Shown: positions 1 through 9,262, counted from the stretch's first letter. The stretch: 64,000 nt of DNA from Clostridia bacterium (GCA_017504995.1 JAFVQC010000054.1:60-64059); one strand, 5' to 3'. Program-made: numbers and translations. Notes: generated by a model not told the origin, from the letters alone.

Positions 1-80
1 TTCGTGACGCTTTTCCTATGCATTTTCATAATTCTTTGTCTTTTAATCAGATTTTCTTCACCCCAACTATTGACAAAGAG

Positions 81-121
81 CCAAAAGAAAGAAGGGAGCT
101 GTACCCCATGGATACAGCTCC
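81..121 (-). terminator. Possible intrinsic terminator about 150 nt downstream of the SASP gene
   Basis: 9-bp stem GGAGCTGTA (95-103) / TACAGCTCC (113-121) with a 9-nt loop. On the minus strand it is followed by the T-rich CTTCTTTCTTTT. Confidence 0.45.
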
Positions 122-268
122 TCCTTGTGACCCAAATTCTTCCGTGCCGAAAGCGGTTTAGGTTTCCGAGACGTGTCGGAATCGGCGCGAAAGAGAGGAA
201 TCGATTGGTTTGATTGAAGAAAGACGGAAAAATGCTTGAAAAGGAATTGAATGCTTCTGTCGAGAAAC

Positions 269-469
269 TTATTTGTTGTTCTTCAGAGAGTTCTCGTAGC
301 TCTCTACCATCTTCTTAACCATCTGTCCGCCGATGCTGCCTGCCTGACGGGCAGTCAGATCACCGTTGTAACCGTTCTGAAGGTTTACGCCTACTTCGCT
401 TGCAGCCTGCATCTTGAACTGATCCATAGCTGCCTTTGCTTCGGGAATCATAGTCTTATTGCTTGCCAT
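269..469 (-). CDS. Small acid-soluble spore protein, alpha/beta type
   Basis: Lies in ORF 269..538. The internal Met at 469 is preceded by AAGGAG. MASNKTMIPEAK...EVGVNLQNGYNGDLTARQAGSIGGQMVKKMVE matches the alpha/beta SASP signature. Confidence 0.85.
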   Translation of the reverse strand: MASNKTMIPEAKAAMDQFKMQAASEVGVNLQNGYNGDLTARQAGSIGGQMVKKMVESYENSLKNNK

Positions 470-727
470 AATTTTAATCTCCTTGTTTTGAGCGATTCCA
501 TTCGATCTTATCCTGTAAGATACAACGCAGTCGCCCAAAGTTACTTTTGTTTGAAATCTATATTGAATCGAGCAGCAAGGACGTGCCGTAAGATCGGTGT
601 TTGTCCCGCGCTCTGGTATTATTGTTTCCTGACGATTCAGGAATATGAACGGGAATTTTTAACTACTCTTTGATTAAATTTTTCCATTGAAAAACGAATG
701 AAGTCCGAAAAGAGACGGGAGGTGGAA

Positions 728-870
728 TGGACCGTCGAGGACGCCGGTCCCTACAGTCTCTTGATATCGCGTTATGGCTTACCGTTTCTTTACAATTTGC
801 GGTTGCTTCAAAAGAACGGTGTCCGAAGGTGTTTTTGAATCTTGTAGGGACCGGCGTCCCCGACGGTCCA
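728..870. repeat. 28-nt inverted repeat pair (728-755 / 843-870, 1 mismatch) flanking an 87-bp spacer; REP-like palindromic element
   Basis: TGGACCGTCGAGGACGCCGGTCCCTACA against the reverse complement of TGTAGGGACCGGCGTCCCCGACGGTCCA. Each arm is itself a GGACCG...CGGTCC hairpin. A second short IR lies at 782-793 / 890-901. Confidence 0.7.
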
Positions 871-976
871 AGAGAAACAAAGGTCAACCGTAAAGAAACG
901 GCGAACGATGCAGGTTTGCCGTCCTTTCGCTCTCGAAAGGGCGATGCGCAAAAGAACAAATTCTTCACCCATCATT

Positions 977-1008
977 GAAAAAAGAGAGACGACTGTGGGT
1001 CGTCTCTC
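977..1008 (-). terminator. Intrinsic terminator of nadE
   Basis: 10-bp stem GAGAGACGAC (984-993) / GTCGTCTCTC (999-1008) with a 5-nt loop. An A-run at 977-983 gives a U-run on the minus strand, 17 nt after the nadE stop. Confidence 0.8.
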
Positions 1009-1024
1009 AAGGGAAGTATGATTT

Positions 1025-2956
1025 TTACAGATTCTCCGTGATCCGCAACCATTCCGCCGCCGAGGCGTCGCTTGGCATCTGCCAATCCCCTCTGGGGGAA
1101 AGTCCCACCGAGCCGACCTTCGGTCCGTCGGGCAGGCAGGAACGCTTGAACTGCTGGGCAAAGAAGCGGCGGATCAGATTCTTCAGCCACTTCAGAAGCG
1201 TTTCGTCGTCATAGACGCCCGCGAAGGCGACCTTGGCAAGACGGTAAAGCTTATCGGGGGCGTAGCCGAAGCGAAGCAGATGATAAATATAGAAATCGTG
1301 AATTTCGTAAGGACCGACCAGATCCTCGGTCTTTTGGGCGATATTGCCTCCCTCGTCGGCAGGGAGAAGTTCGGGACTGACGGGGGTGTCCAGAATATCC
1401 CGAAGGACGGCGGCAAGCGCCTCGTTTCCATCGGATTCCGCCCCGTCGGCGCAATATCTCACTACGTGGCGAATGAAGGTCTTGGGAAGCCCTCCGTTGA
1501 CCCCATACATCGACATATGGTCGCCGTTGTAGGTCGCCCAACCAAGCGCCAGCTCGGACAGATCACCCGTACCCACCACGATGCCGCCCACCATGTTGGC
1601 AAGATCCATGAGCACCTGCGTGCGCTCACGGGCTTGGGCGTTCTCGTAGGTCACGTCGCGCATCGATTCGTCCTGCCCGATATCGGCAAAATGCTGTCTG
1701 ACCGACGCACCGATGCTGACGCAGCGAAGCTCCGTACCAAGGGCGTCGCAAAGCTTTTCCGCGTTGGACTTGGTTCGATTCGTCGTGCCGAAGCAGGGCA
1801 TGGTCACACCCAAAACGTCACCGTGGGGACGGCCGAGCAGATCCATGGCGCGTACCGCCACGAGGATCGCAAGACAAGAATCCAGCCCCCCCGAGATGCC
1901 AATGACACATTTTTTTGCGTAAGCGCGGGTGACGCGCTGGGCAAGTCCTCTCGCCTGAATGGCAAGCGCGGTCTCAAAGCGATCACCCCACTCTGCGGGA
2001 TTGGCAGGCAGGAAGGGATTGGGATTGATTTTTCGGGTGAGGGTCGTTTCCTTCACCTCAATGGAAAAGGAATTGACAAGATAGCCGTGGGAAACCTTCT
2101 GGGCATTGGTGCTGATCCGTCTGCGCTCCGAAGCCAGCTTGTCCAGATCCAGTTCGGTGATTAGCAGAGGCGTTTTTTCTTCGGTGAAGGCAGGCCGTTC
2201 GGCAAGAAGCTCTCCGTTTTCGGCAATCAGCGCGTGACCGCCAAAGACCAAATCGGTGGTGGACTCTCCCGCGCCGCAGTTGGAAAAGATATAGCCGCAG
2301 GTTGCGCGAGCCGATTGGGAGGTGACCAGCATACGGCGGTAGGCGGATTTGCCCGCAAGCTCGGCAGAGGCGGAAAGATTGGCGATCACAAGCGCGCCTG
2401 CCTCACAAAGTCCCACCGAGGGGAGAGAGGCGGACCAAAGATCCTCGCAGATCTCCACGCCGAAGCGGAAGGCGGGAAGGGTCTTACAGGCGAACAGCTG
2501 CTTTGCGCCGAAGGGCGCGCGCCGAGAGCAAAGGGATACTTCTACGACCTCTCCCGTATAGGGAGAGAAGAACCGCGCCTCACCCTGTTCGTTGTGATTG
2601 GGGATATTGGACTTGGGAACGACCCCCAAAATCTCACCTTTTTGACAAATTACCGCGCAATTGTAAAGTTTATCATTGACAACGAGGGGAAAACCGAGTA
2701 TACTTACTATAGGAGATTGTTTCGTTTGCTCAAGAAATGCCGAGAGCGCGTTTTCCGCGGCGCGGATCAGCACAGAGGAGAAGAACAGATCGGCGCAGGT
2801 ATAGCCCGTCAGACAAAGCTCGGGGTACACGAGAAGCGCGACGCCTTCCCGATCTGCCTCTGCATGAAGGGCAAGGATTTCTTGAAGGTTTGCGGAGGGG
2901 TCGGCAACCGTTACCTTGGGGGCGGCGGCGGCGACCTTAATAAAACCGTGTTTCAT
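1025..2956 (-). CDS. nadE: Glutamine-dependent NAD+ synthetase
   Basis: N-terminal CN-hydrolase-like domain plus C-terminal NAD synthetase domain with PP-loop GISGGLDS. Start moved to Met19 (MKHGFIKV), which follows a GGAAAGG RBS. Confidence 0.9.
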   Translation of the reverse strand: MKHGFIKVAAAAPKVTVADPSANLQEILALHAEADREGVALLVYPELCLTGYTCADLFFSSVLIRAAENALSAFLEQTKQSPIVSILGFPLVVNDKLYNCAVICQKGEILGVVPKSNIPNHNEQGEARFFSPYTGEVVEVSLCSRRAPFGAKQLFACKTLPAFRFGVEICEDLWSASLPSVGLCEAGALVIANLSASAELAGKSAYRRMLVTSQSARATCGYIFSNCGAGESTTDLVFGGHALIAENGELLAERPAFTEEKTPLLITELDLDKLASERRRISTNAQKVSHGYLVNSFSIEVKETTLTRKINPNPFLPANPAEWGDRFETALAIQARGLAQRVTRAYAKKCVIGISGGLDSCLAILVAVRAMDLLGRPHGDVLGVTMPCFGTTNRTKSNAEKLCDALGTELRCVSIGASVRQHFADIGQDESMRDVTYENAQARERTQVLMDLANMVGGIVVGTGDLSELALGWATYNGDHMSMYGVNGGLPKTFIRHVVRYCADGAESDGNEALAAVLRDILDTPVSPELLPADEGGNIAQKTEDLVGPYEIHDFYIYHLLRFGYAPDKLYRLAKVAFAGVYDDETLLKWLKNLIRRFFAQQFKRSCLPDGPKVGSVGLSPRGDWQMPSDASAAEWLRITENL

Positions 2957-3097
2957 AGGGGAAAGTCCTTTCCGTGATCCATCTGCGGCAAACGCCGCAG
3001 GTACTATCATTTATTATACAGTTATATCGAAAAAATTACAAGAGCAAATGCGAAACTTTTTGAAAAAACCGAGAAAAATGAAGGAGAACCTTTCAAA

Positions 3098-4552
3098 ATG
3101 AAGAATTTGAAGCGCAATCTGACGATGCTGACCGACTTTTACGAGCTGACCATGACCAACGGATATTTTCTTAGCGGCATGAAGGACAAGATCGTCTATT
3201 TTGACGTGTTTTTCCGTTCCAATCCCGATCACGGCGGCTTTGCCATTGCGGCGGGGCTGGAACAGATCGTGGAGTATATCAACGATCTGTGCTTTGACGA
3301 CGACGATATCGCCTATCTGCGGACCAAGGGGTGCTTTTCCGAGGAGTTTCTCGATTATTTGCGCGCCTTCCGCTTTACGGGTGACGTTTGGGCGATCCCC
3401 GAGGGCACGGTGGTTTTCCCGGGTGAGCCGCTGATGACGGTTCGCGCCCCCGTGATGGAAGCCCAGTTTATCGAGACCTACGTGTTGATGATGATCAACC
3501 ATCAATGCCTGATCGCTACCAAAGCCGCCAGAATCGTTCGCGCGGCAAAGGGAAGAACCGTCAGCGAGTTCGGCTCGCGCCGCGCCCAGGGCGCGGACGC
3601 GGCGATCCTCGGCGCGAGAGCCGCGTATATCGGCGGCTGTCACTCCACCGCCTGCGCCATTGCCGATGAGGTCTACGGCGTTCCCGCGGGGGGAACGATG
3701 GCGCACGCGTGGGTGCAGATGTTTGATACCGAGTACGAGGCGTTTCGCACCTATTGCGAGATCTATCCCGAGAACGCGACGCTTCTCATCGACACCTATA
3801 ACGTTATGGAAAGCGGATTGCCCAACGCCATTCGGGCGTTCAAGGAGGTTCTGCTTCCCAAGGGAATCACGAAATGCGCCGTCCGTCTCGATTCGGGCGA
3901 CGTGACCTACCTGACGAAGAAGATACGAAAGAAGCTGGACGAGGAGGGGCTGACCGATTGTAAGATCGTGGTCTCCAACTCTTTGGACGAGTATATTATC
4001 CGCGAGCTGATCCGTCAGGGCGCGGAGGTGGACGGCTTCGGCGTGGGCGAGCGTTTGATCACCGCCAAGAGCGACCCCGTGTTCGGCGGCGTGTATAAGC
4101 TGTGCGCCATGGAACGGGAGGACGGAACGGTTCAGCCCAAGATCAAGATCAGCGAGAACGTGGGAAAGATCACCACCCCCCATTTCAAAAAGATCTATCG
4201 CCTGCGTGGCAGAGATACGGGCAAGGCGGAGGCGGATCTGATCTGCGTATACGACGAGACGGTGGACGATACCCGCCCCATCGAGCTGTTTGACCCCGAG
4301 CATACGTGGAAGCGAAAGATCTTGGAAAACTTCACCGCCACCGAGCTTCAGGTTCAGGTGTTCAAGAACGGCAAGCAGGTATACGCCCTTCCCACCTTGG
4401 AGGAGATCCGTCGGCATTGCGCCGAGGAGATCGAGGGAATGTGGGAAGAGGTGCGCCGCTTTACCAATCCTCATAACTACTACGTGGATCTGTCCGAGAA
4501 GCTTTGGCAGATCAAGCACGATATGATCGCCGAGCATCGGAAGATCAAATAA
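3098..4552 (+). CDS. pncB: Nicotinate phosphoribosyltransferase
   Basis: N-terminus MLTDFYELTMTNGYF and overall length are typical of the NAPRTase family. GGAG RBS upstream. Divergent from nadE. Confidence 0.9.
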   Translation: MKNLKRNLTMLTDFYELTMTNGYFLSGMKDKIVYFDVFFRSNPDHGGFAIAAGLEQIVEYINDLCFDDDDIAYLRTKGCFSEEFLDYLRAFRFTGDVWAIPEGTVVFPGEPLMTVRAPVMEAQFIETYVLMMINHQCLIATKAARIVRAAKGRTVSEFGSRRAQGADAAILGARAAYIGGCHSTACAIADEVYGVPAGGTMAHAWVQMFDTEYEAFRTYCEIYPENATLLIDTYNVMESGLPNAIRAFKEVLLPKGITKCAVRLDSGDVTYLTKKIRKKLDEEGLTDCKIVVSNSLDEYIIRELIRQGAEVDGFGVGERLITAKSDPVFGGVYKLCAMEREDGTVQPKIKISENVGKITTPHFKKIYRLRGRDTGKAEADLICVYDETVDDTRPIELFDPEHTWKRKILENFTATELQVQVFKNGKQVYALPTLEEIRRHCAEEIEGMWEEVRRFTNPHNYYVDLSEKLWQIKHDMIAEHRKIK

Positions 4553-4561
4553 GGAGCGCCC

Positions 4562-4969
4562 ATGAAAATTATCGTTTGTCTGGACGACCGAGAGGGGATG
4601 ACCTTCAATCACCGCCGCCAAAGCCGAGATCGGGTGGTGACGGCAGATATCGTTCGCGAGGCGGGAGACCGTCTTTGTATGTGTCCCTATTCCGAATCCC
4701 TGTTCTTGGAGACGGCAATTGCGCGATTGGTATCCGAGGACTTCTTGGAGGAAGCGCAGGCAGAGGATTGGTGCTTCGTGGAGAACCGCGCTCTCGCACC
4801 CTATCGGGATTCGATCGGCGAGGTGCTGGTGTATCGTTGGAACCGACACTATCCGTCGGATACGACCTTCGACCTCAACCTTGCGGCGGAAGGCTTTCGC
4901 CTTGCCGAGAGGGAAGAATTCGAGGGATATTCCCATGAAAAAATAACGAAGGAGAGATTTGTAAAATGA
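4562..4969 (+). CDS. Hypothetical protein, possibly DHFR/RibD_C-like fold
   Basis: 135 aa with a GGAG RBS, 9 nt after the pncB stop. The N-terminus MKIIVCLDDREGMTFNHRRQSRDR resembles DHFR-like domain starts. Function unknown. Confidence 0.5.
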   Translation: MKIIVCLDDREGMTFNHRRQSRDRVVTADIVREAGDRLCMCPYSESLFLETAIARLVSEDFLEEAQAEDWCFVENRALAPYRDSIGEVLVYRWNRHYPSDTTFDLNLAAEGFRLAEREEFEGYSHEKITKERFVK

Positions 4970-5922
4970 AAAGAAGATGGCCCAGCATCGCGCTATTGCT
5001 CCTGCTTTGCCTTAGCCTGCTGCTCAGCGGCTGCGATGCGCTTGGCAGTCGCGGAGGAGACGGAGGCGACGGCGGCAAGCAGGAAACCGAACAAAGACAG
5101 GTTGGCGGATACGCGTCGGTGGAGGGAATCCCCGATTACGATGGAAAAGCCTACGTCGAGCTGGAAGGCAACCAACCGCGCTTTACGCAGGAGGAGCTGA
5201 CCACGGCTGCCTACGAGTTTTACAGTGAGCTTGATTCCCTTGGCAGATGCGGTTATACCATGGCTTGCGTGGGAAAGGAGATCATGCCTACGGAGAAAAG
5301 AGGCGACATCAGCAGCGTCAAGCCCTCAGGCTGGAAGAACAAGGAATATCCCGCGGATCTGGTGGACGGACGGTATCTGTATAACCGCTGTCACCTCATC
5401 GGACATCAGTTGACGGGAGAGGACGCCAACAAGAAAAACCTCATTACGGGTACAAGATACTTAAATATCGAGGGCATGCTCCCCTTTGAAGATATGATCG
5501 CGGACTACGTCAAGGAAACGGGCAACCACGTCATGTACCGCGTTACGCCTATCTTTGTGGGCAATAACCTGCTGGCAAGCGGCGTGCGCATGGAGGGCTA
5601 TTCGGTAGAGGACAGCGGAGAGGGTATTTGCTTCCACGTCTTTGCCTATAACGTGCAGCCTGGGATCACCATCAACTACGCCACGGGAGCGAATTGGCTC
5701 AACGGCGACGCGGAAGCGGTGACCATGGGAGAGGACACTGCCGAAACCACCGTTCCCGAAGGGGAGCCGACCTACGTGATCAATAAGAACACGGGAAAAT
5801 TTCACAAGCCCACCTGTCCCGGCGTGCAGGATATAAAGCCTGAAAACAGAGAGGACTTCTACGGTACAAAACAAGAGCTTTTGGATCAAAAATATACGAT
5901 CTGCGGTATTTGTAAGCCTTAA
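4966..5922 (+). CDS. Lipoprotein, DNA/RNA non-specific endonuclease family (DNA-entry-nuclease-like) with C-terminal Cys-rich tail
   Basis: Lipobox LLLSGC. Nuclease motif YNRCHLIGHQLTGEDANKKNLITGTRYLN. Tail KFHKPTCPGV...YTICGICKP. ATGA overlap with the upstream ORF. Confidence 0.75.
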   Translation: MKRRWPSIALLLLLCLSLLLSGCDALGSRGGDGGDGGKQETEQRQVGGYASVEGIPDYDGKAYVELEGNQPRFTQEELTTAAYEFYSELDSLGRCGYTMACVGKEIMPTEKRGDISSVKPSGWKNKEYPADLVDGRYLYNRCHLIGHQLTGEDANKKNLITGTRYLNIEGMLPFEDMIADYVKETGNHVMYRVTPIFVGNNLLASGVRMEGYSVEDSGEGICFHVFAYNVQPGITINYATGANWLNGDAEAVTMGEDTAETTVPEGEPTYVINKNTGKFHKPTCPGVQDIKPENREDFYGTKQELLDQKYTICGICKP

Positions 5923-5952
5923 ATCAAGCTTGTCAGAATTGCCCGATACTCC

Positions 5953-5996
5953 AAAAACGACTCTTATCTACGATTGGTAGACAAGGGTCGTTTTTT
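5953..5996 (+). terminator. Intrinsic terminator after the nuclease gene
   Basis: Imperfect 14-bp stem (5958-5971 / 5977-5990) followed by TTTTTT (5991-5996). Confidence 0.7.
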
Positions 5997-6074
5997 GCTT
6001 TGCCGAAAAGCATATTTTTACACGCGCGTCTTGATAAACTTTTAACAAATCCTGATATTTTTTTAACAAAGTCA

Positions 6075-6103
6075 TTGACAAGCGGGCTTTTATGGAGTAT
6101 AAT
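6075..6103 (+). promoter_or_regulatory. Sigma-A type promoter for the GlpA-like operon
   Basis: TTGACA (6075-6080), 17-nt spacer, TATAAT (6098-6103). Confidence 0.6.
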
Positions 6104-6179
6104 AAAGAGGATCTATTCCGACGGAGCACGAGTGGCTTCGTCAAATTGTGAAAATTATGAAAGGAAGGAACGAATAATC

Positions 6180-7628
6180 ATGTATGACGTAGCTGTGATC
6201 GGCGCGGGCGTGGTCGGCGCGATGATCGCAAGAACCTTATCGGCGTACCGTCTGAAGCTTTGCATTCTCGAAAAGCAGAGTGACGTTGCCATGGGGGCAA
6301 GCAGCGCCAATTCCGCCATCGTTCACGCGGGCTTTGACGCCAAGGAAGGTAGTTTGAAGGCAAAACTCAACGTAAGAGGCGCTCAGATGATGGCGCAGGT
6401 CTGCTCCGAGCTGGGTGTTAAATACATCAACAACGGCTCTCTTGTTATCGGATTCAACGAGGAGGACGAAAAGACCGTTGAGAAGCTGTATTACCGCGGC
6501 ATTGCCAACGGCGTGGAGGGCTTGAAGATCCTCTCTCCTGCCGAGATGCAAGCCATTGAGCCGAATATTTCAAAGAACGCCACCTGCGCGCTGTACGCGC
6601 CTACGGCGGCGATCATCTGCCCTTACGGTTTGACCATTGCCGCAGTCGGAAACGCCATGGACAACGGCGCGGATCTGAAGCTGGATTTCGAGGTCACCGA
6701 CATTCAAAATCGTGGTGACTACTACGAAATTTCCAACGGAAGCGAGACAGTCAAGGCAAAGTACGTCGTCAATGCGGCGGGACTTTACTCCGATGCCATC
6801 GCAAGGCTCGTGGGAGACGATTCCTTCCATATCACCGCACGCCGCGGCGAATACATACTGATGGACAAGGAGCTTGGCTCGCTGATCTCCACCACCGTTT
6901 TCCGTACCCCCAGCAAGATGGGAAAAGGAATTCTCGTTACCCCCACGGTAGACGGCAATCTGCTGACCGGTCCCACGTCTTTGGACATTGGCGACAAGGA
7001 GGATAAGGCGACTACGGCAGAGGGGCTGGCTCTGGTCATGCGGGAATCGATGGAGAACGTGGACGGCGTTCGCTTCCAGCAGACCATCACCTCCTTCTGC
7101 GGTCTGCGCGCCGTGGGAAGCACGGGTGACTTTATCATCAACGTTCCTACCGACCGCTTCGTTAACGTAGCGGGCATCGAATCCCCCGGCCTTTCCGCTT
7201 CCCCCGCCATTGCGGAGTACGTGGTAGAGCTGTTGGCGTCGGCAGGCTGCGCCCTTGAAAAGAACCCCGATTATATCGCCACTCGCGAAGCCCTTCACGC
7301 CTTCCGTGAGGCAAGTATCGAGGAGAAAAACGAGATCATCAAAAAAGATCCCACCTACGGACACATCATCTGCCGTTGCGAGACGGTCACCGAGGGAGAG
7401 ATCCTTGCGGCGATCCGCACGAACCCCAAGCCGAGAGATTTGGACGGCGTGAAGCGCCGCACCCGCGCCCAGATGGGTCGCTGTCAGGGTGGCTTCTGCT
7501 CCCCCTATATCGTGGAGCTGTTGGCAAAGGAGATGGGCGTTCCCTATGAATCCATTACGAAATTCGGCGGCGATTCCGTCGTCAACGTCGGAAAGACCAA
7601 GGAGGACCGTGAACATGAAGCAAATTGA
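6180..7628 (+). CDS. FAD-dependent oxidoreductase, anaerobic glycerol-3-phosphate dehydrogenase (GlpA)-like with BFD-like [2Fe-2S] domain
   Basis: Start set at MYDVAVIGAGVVGA (Rossmann GxGxxG) after a GGAAGGAA RBS. C-terminal part CRCETVTEGEI...RAQMGRCQGGFC. The ORF-track 5' extension from 6000 overlaps the promoter. Confidence 0.8.
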   Translation: MYDVAVIGAGVVGAMIARTLSAYRLKLCILEKQSDVAMGASSANSAIVHAGFDAKEGSLKAKLNVRGAQMMAQVCSELGVKYINNGSLVIGFNEEDEKTVEKLYYRGIANGVEGLKILSPAEMQAIEPNISKNATCALYAPTAAIICPYGLTIAAVGNAMDNGADLKLDFEVTDIQNRGDYYEISNGSETVKAKYVVNAAGLYSDAIARLVGDDSFHITARRGEYILMDKELGSLISTTVFRTPSKMGKGILVTPTVDGNLLTGPTSLDIGDKEDKATTAEGLALVMRESMENVDGVRFQQTITSFCGLRAVGSTGDFIINVPTDRFVNVAGIESPGLSASPAIAEYVVELLASAGCALEKNPDYIATREALHAFREASIEEKNEIIKKDPTYGHIICRCETVTEGEILAAIRTNPKPRDLDGVKRRTRAQMGRCQGGFCSPYIVELLAKEMGVPYESITKFGGDSVVNVGKTKEDREHEAN

Positions 7629-8862
7629 TCTGGTGATCGTCGGCGGCGGTCCTGCCGGCATGAGCGCCGCGATTGCGGCGTATGAGAGTGGAATCCGCAA
7701 TCTGCTGATTTTGGAGCGCGACTCCTCTTTGGGCGGTATTCTCCAGCAGTGTATCCACAACGGCTTCGGTCTGCATCGCTTCGGCGAGGAGCTGACGGGC
7801 CCCGAATACGCATGGCGCTACGAAAAGAAGGTAAAGGAACTGAATATCCCCTATCTGCTCAACACCATGGTTCTCGATATCTCCCCCGATAAGGTGGTGA
7901 CCGCCACCAACGGAGAGGACGGCATTTTCACGATCCAAGCCAAGGCAGTGATCCTTGCCATGGGCTGTCGCGAGAGATCCAAGGGCGCGCTGAACATCGC
8001 GGGTACGCGTCCGGCGGGTATTTACAGCGCGGGAACGGCGCAGAAATACGTCAATCTGAAGGGCTATATGCCGGGTAAGAACGTGGTCATTCTCGGATCG
8101 GGCGACATTGGTCTGATCATGGCGCGCCGCATGACCTTGGAGGGCGCGAAGGTACACGCCGTTTGTGAGCTGATGCCTTATTCGGGCGGTCTTGCGAGAA
8201 ACATTGAGCAGTGTCTGAACGACTTCGGTATTCCCCTCAGACTCAGCCACACCGTAGTAGAGATCCACGGCAAGGAGCGTCTGACGGGCGTGACCATTGC
8301 CAAGGTAGACGAGTGTCGCCGTCCCATTCCCGAGACCCGTGAGTACATTCCCTGTGACACTCTGCTGTTGTCGGTTGGACTGATCCCCGAAAACGAGCTG
8401 TCCAAGACGGCGTCGGTGACGTTGGATCGGATCACCAACGGCGCGTTGGTGGATCAGGACAGACAGACCGAGGTTGAAGGCATTTACGCCTGCGGAAACG
8501 TTCTGCACGTTCACGACCTTGTGGACTTCGTGTCCGAGGAAGCGGAGATCGCGGGAAAGAACGCCGCGGCTTATATCAAGGGGGAGACGGAGGAGAAGAC
8601 CTCGGTGGCGCTTTCCACCGACGGAAAGATCCGTTACACCGTTCCTCAGAGAATCACCAAGAAAAAAGAGGTTGCCGTGTTCTTCCGCGTGGCTGACGTA
8701 TATCGCAACGTGAAGATCCTCGTCAAGGACGGCGATCGTGTGGTATATTCGAAAAAGAAGATCAAGGTCGCTCCCGGTGAGATGGAATGCGTGACGCTCC
8801 GTCCCGAGCATTTTGAGGGCGTGGACGGACTTCGGTTTGAATTGGAGGTGCAGGAAGCATGA
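7615..8862 (+). CDS. NAD(P)/FAD-dependent pyridine-nucleotide-disulfide-type oxidoreductase (second subunit of the trio)
   Basis: Start MKQIDLVIVGGGPAGMSAA after an AAGGAGG RBS. Second dinucleotide fold VVILGSGDIGL. Overlaps the upstream gene by 14 nt. Confidence 0.8.
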   Translation: MKQIDLVIVGGGPAGMSAAIAAYESGIRNLLILERDSSLGGILQQCIHNGFGLHRFGEELTGPEYAWRYEKKVKELNIPYLLNTMVLDISPDKVVTATNGEDGIFTIQAKAVILAMGCRERSKGALNIAGTRPAGIYSAGTAQKYVNLKGYMPGKNVVILGSGDIGLIMARRMTLEGAKVHAVCELMPYSGGLARNIEQCLNDFGIPLRLSHTVVEIHGKERLTGVTIAKVDECRRPIPETREYIPCDTLLLSVGLIPENELSKTASVTLDRITNGALVDQDRQTEVEGIYACGNVLHVHDLVDFVSEEAEIAGKNAAAYIKGETEEKTSVALSTDGKIRYTVPQRITKKKEVAVFFRVADVYRNVKILVKDGDRVVYSKKKIKVAPGEMECVTLRPEHFEGVDGLRFELEVQEA

Positions 8863-9212
8863 CACGTGAACTGATTTGTATCGTATGCCCCAAGGGCTGT
8901 TCCTTAAAGGTAGAGCTGGACGGGAGCGAGATCAAAAGCGTAGAGGGCTTTACCTGCCCCCGCGGAAAGCAGTATGCCATTGACGAGTGCACCAACCCCA
9001 TGCGAACCGTCACCTCTACGGTGCGCGCCAAGTGTGGTAAGCCGATTCCCGTCAAGACGGCTCGCTCCATTCCCAAAACCATGATGTTTGATTGCATGAA
9101 GCAGATCAACTCCTGCGTGGTTTCTCTTCCCGTTCACGTGGGTGACGTGGTCATTCACGATCTGTTGGGAACGGGCACGGACGTGGTCGTGACCGCAAAC
9201 GTAGACGAGTAA
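8859..9212 (+). CDS. DUF1667-like small Cys-rich protein
   Basis: MTRELICIVCPKGCSLKV...FTCPRGKQY is typical of the third gene of this clostridial trio. ATGA overlap with the upstream gene. Confidence 0.75.
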   Translation: MTRELICIVCPKGCSLKVELDGSEIKSVEGFTCPRGKQYAIDECTNPMRTVTSTVRAKCGKPIPVKTARSIPKTMMFDCMKQINSCVVSLPVHVGDVVIHDLLGTGTDVVVTANVDE

Positions 9213-9220
9213 AAAAGAAA

Positions 9221-9262
9221 ACGCCGACGCGACGGTTCTTGTTGCGTCGGCGTGTGTATTTT
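9221..9262 (+). terminator. Intrinsic terminator
   Basis: 10-bp stem ACGCCGACGC (9221-9230) / GCGTCGGCGT (9244-9253) followed by a T-rich tract. Confidence 0.7.

Noticed and set aside
663-978. ORFs of 83-117 aa in the SASP-nadE gap.
   Set aside because: They overlap each other on both strands, run through the inverted repeats, have no RBS and encode repeat-type peptides. I treat the region as non-coding.
2958-2968. GGGGAAAGTCC, reminiscent of the conserved GGAAAGUCC of RNase P RNA.
   Set aside because: It is the reverse complement of the nadE RBS/start region. None of the other RNase P conserved regions are nearby, and only about 140 nt of non-coding sequence is available.
3014-4936. 640-aa ORF on the minus strand covering pncB and the next gene.
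   Set aside because: It is antisense to a confidently recognised NAPRTase. The translation is R/L/G/H/V-rich with no motifs and no RBS. Similar shadow ORFs lie opposite most genes here (for example 6570..7760, 20121..21353, 24041..25204, 44615..45871). That is what results when sense codons avoid TTA/CTA/TCA.
6000-6179. 60-codon N-terminal extension of the GlpA-like ORF in the track.
   Set aside because: The extension overlaps the TTGACA/TATAAT promoter and is AT-rich. The Rossmann fold begins right at the ATG at 6180, which has a good RBS.
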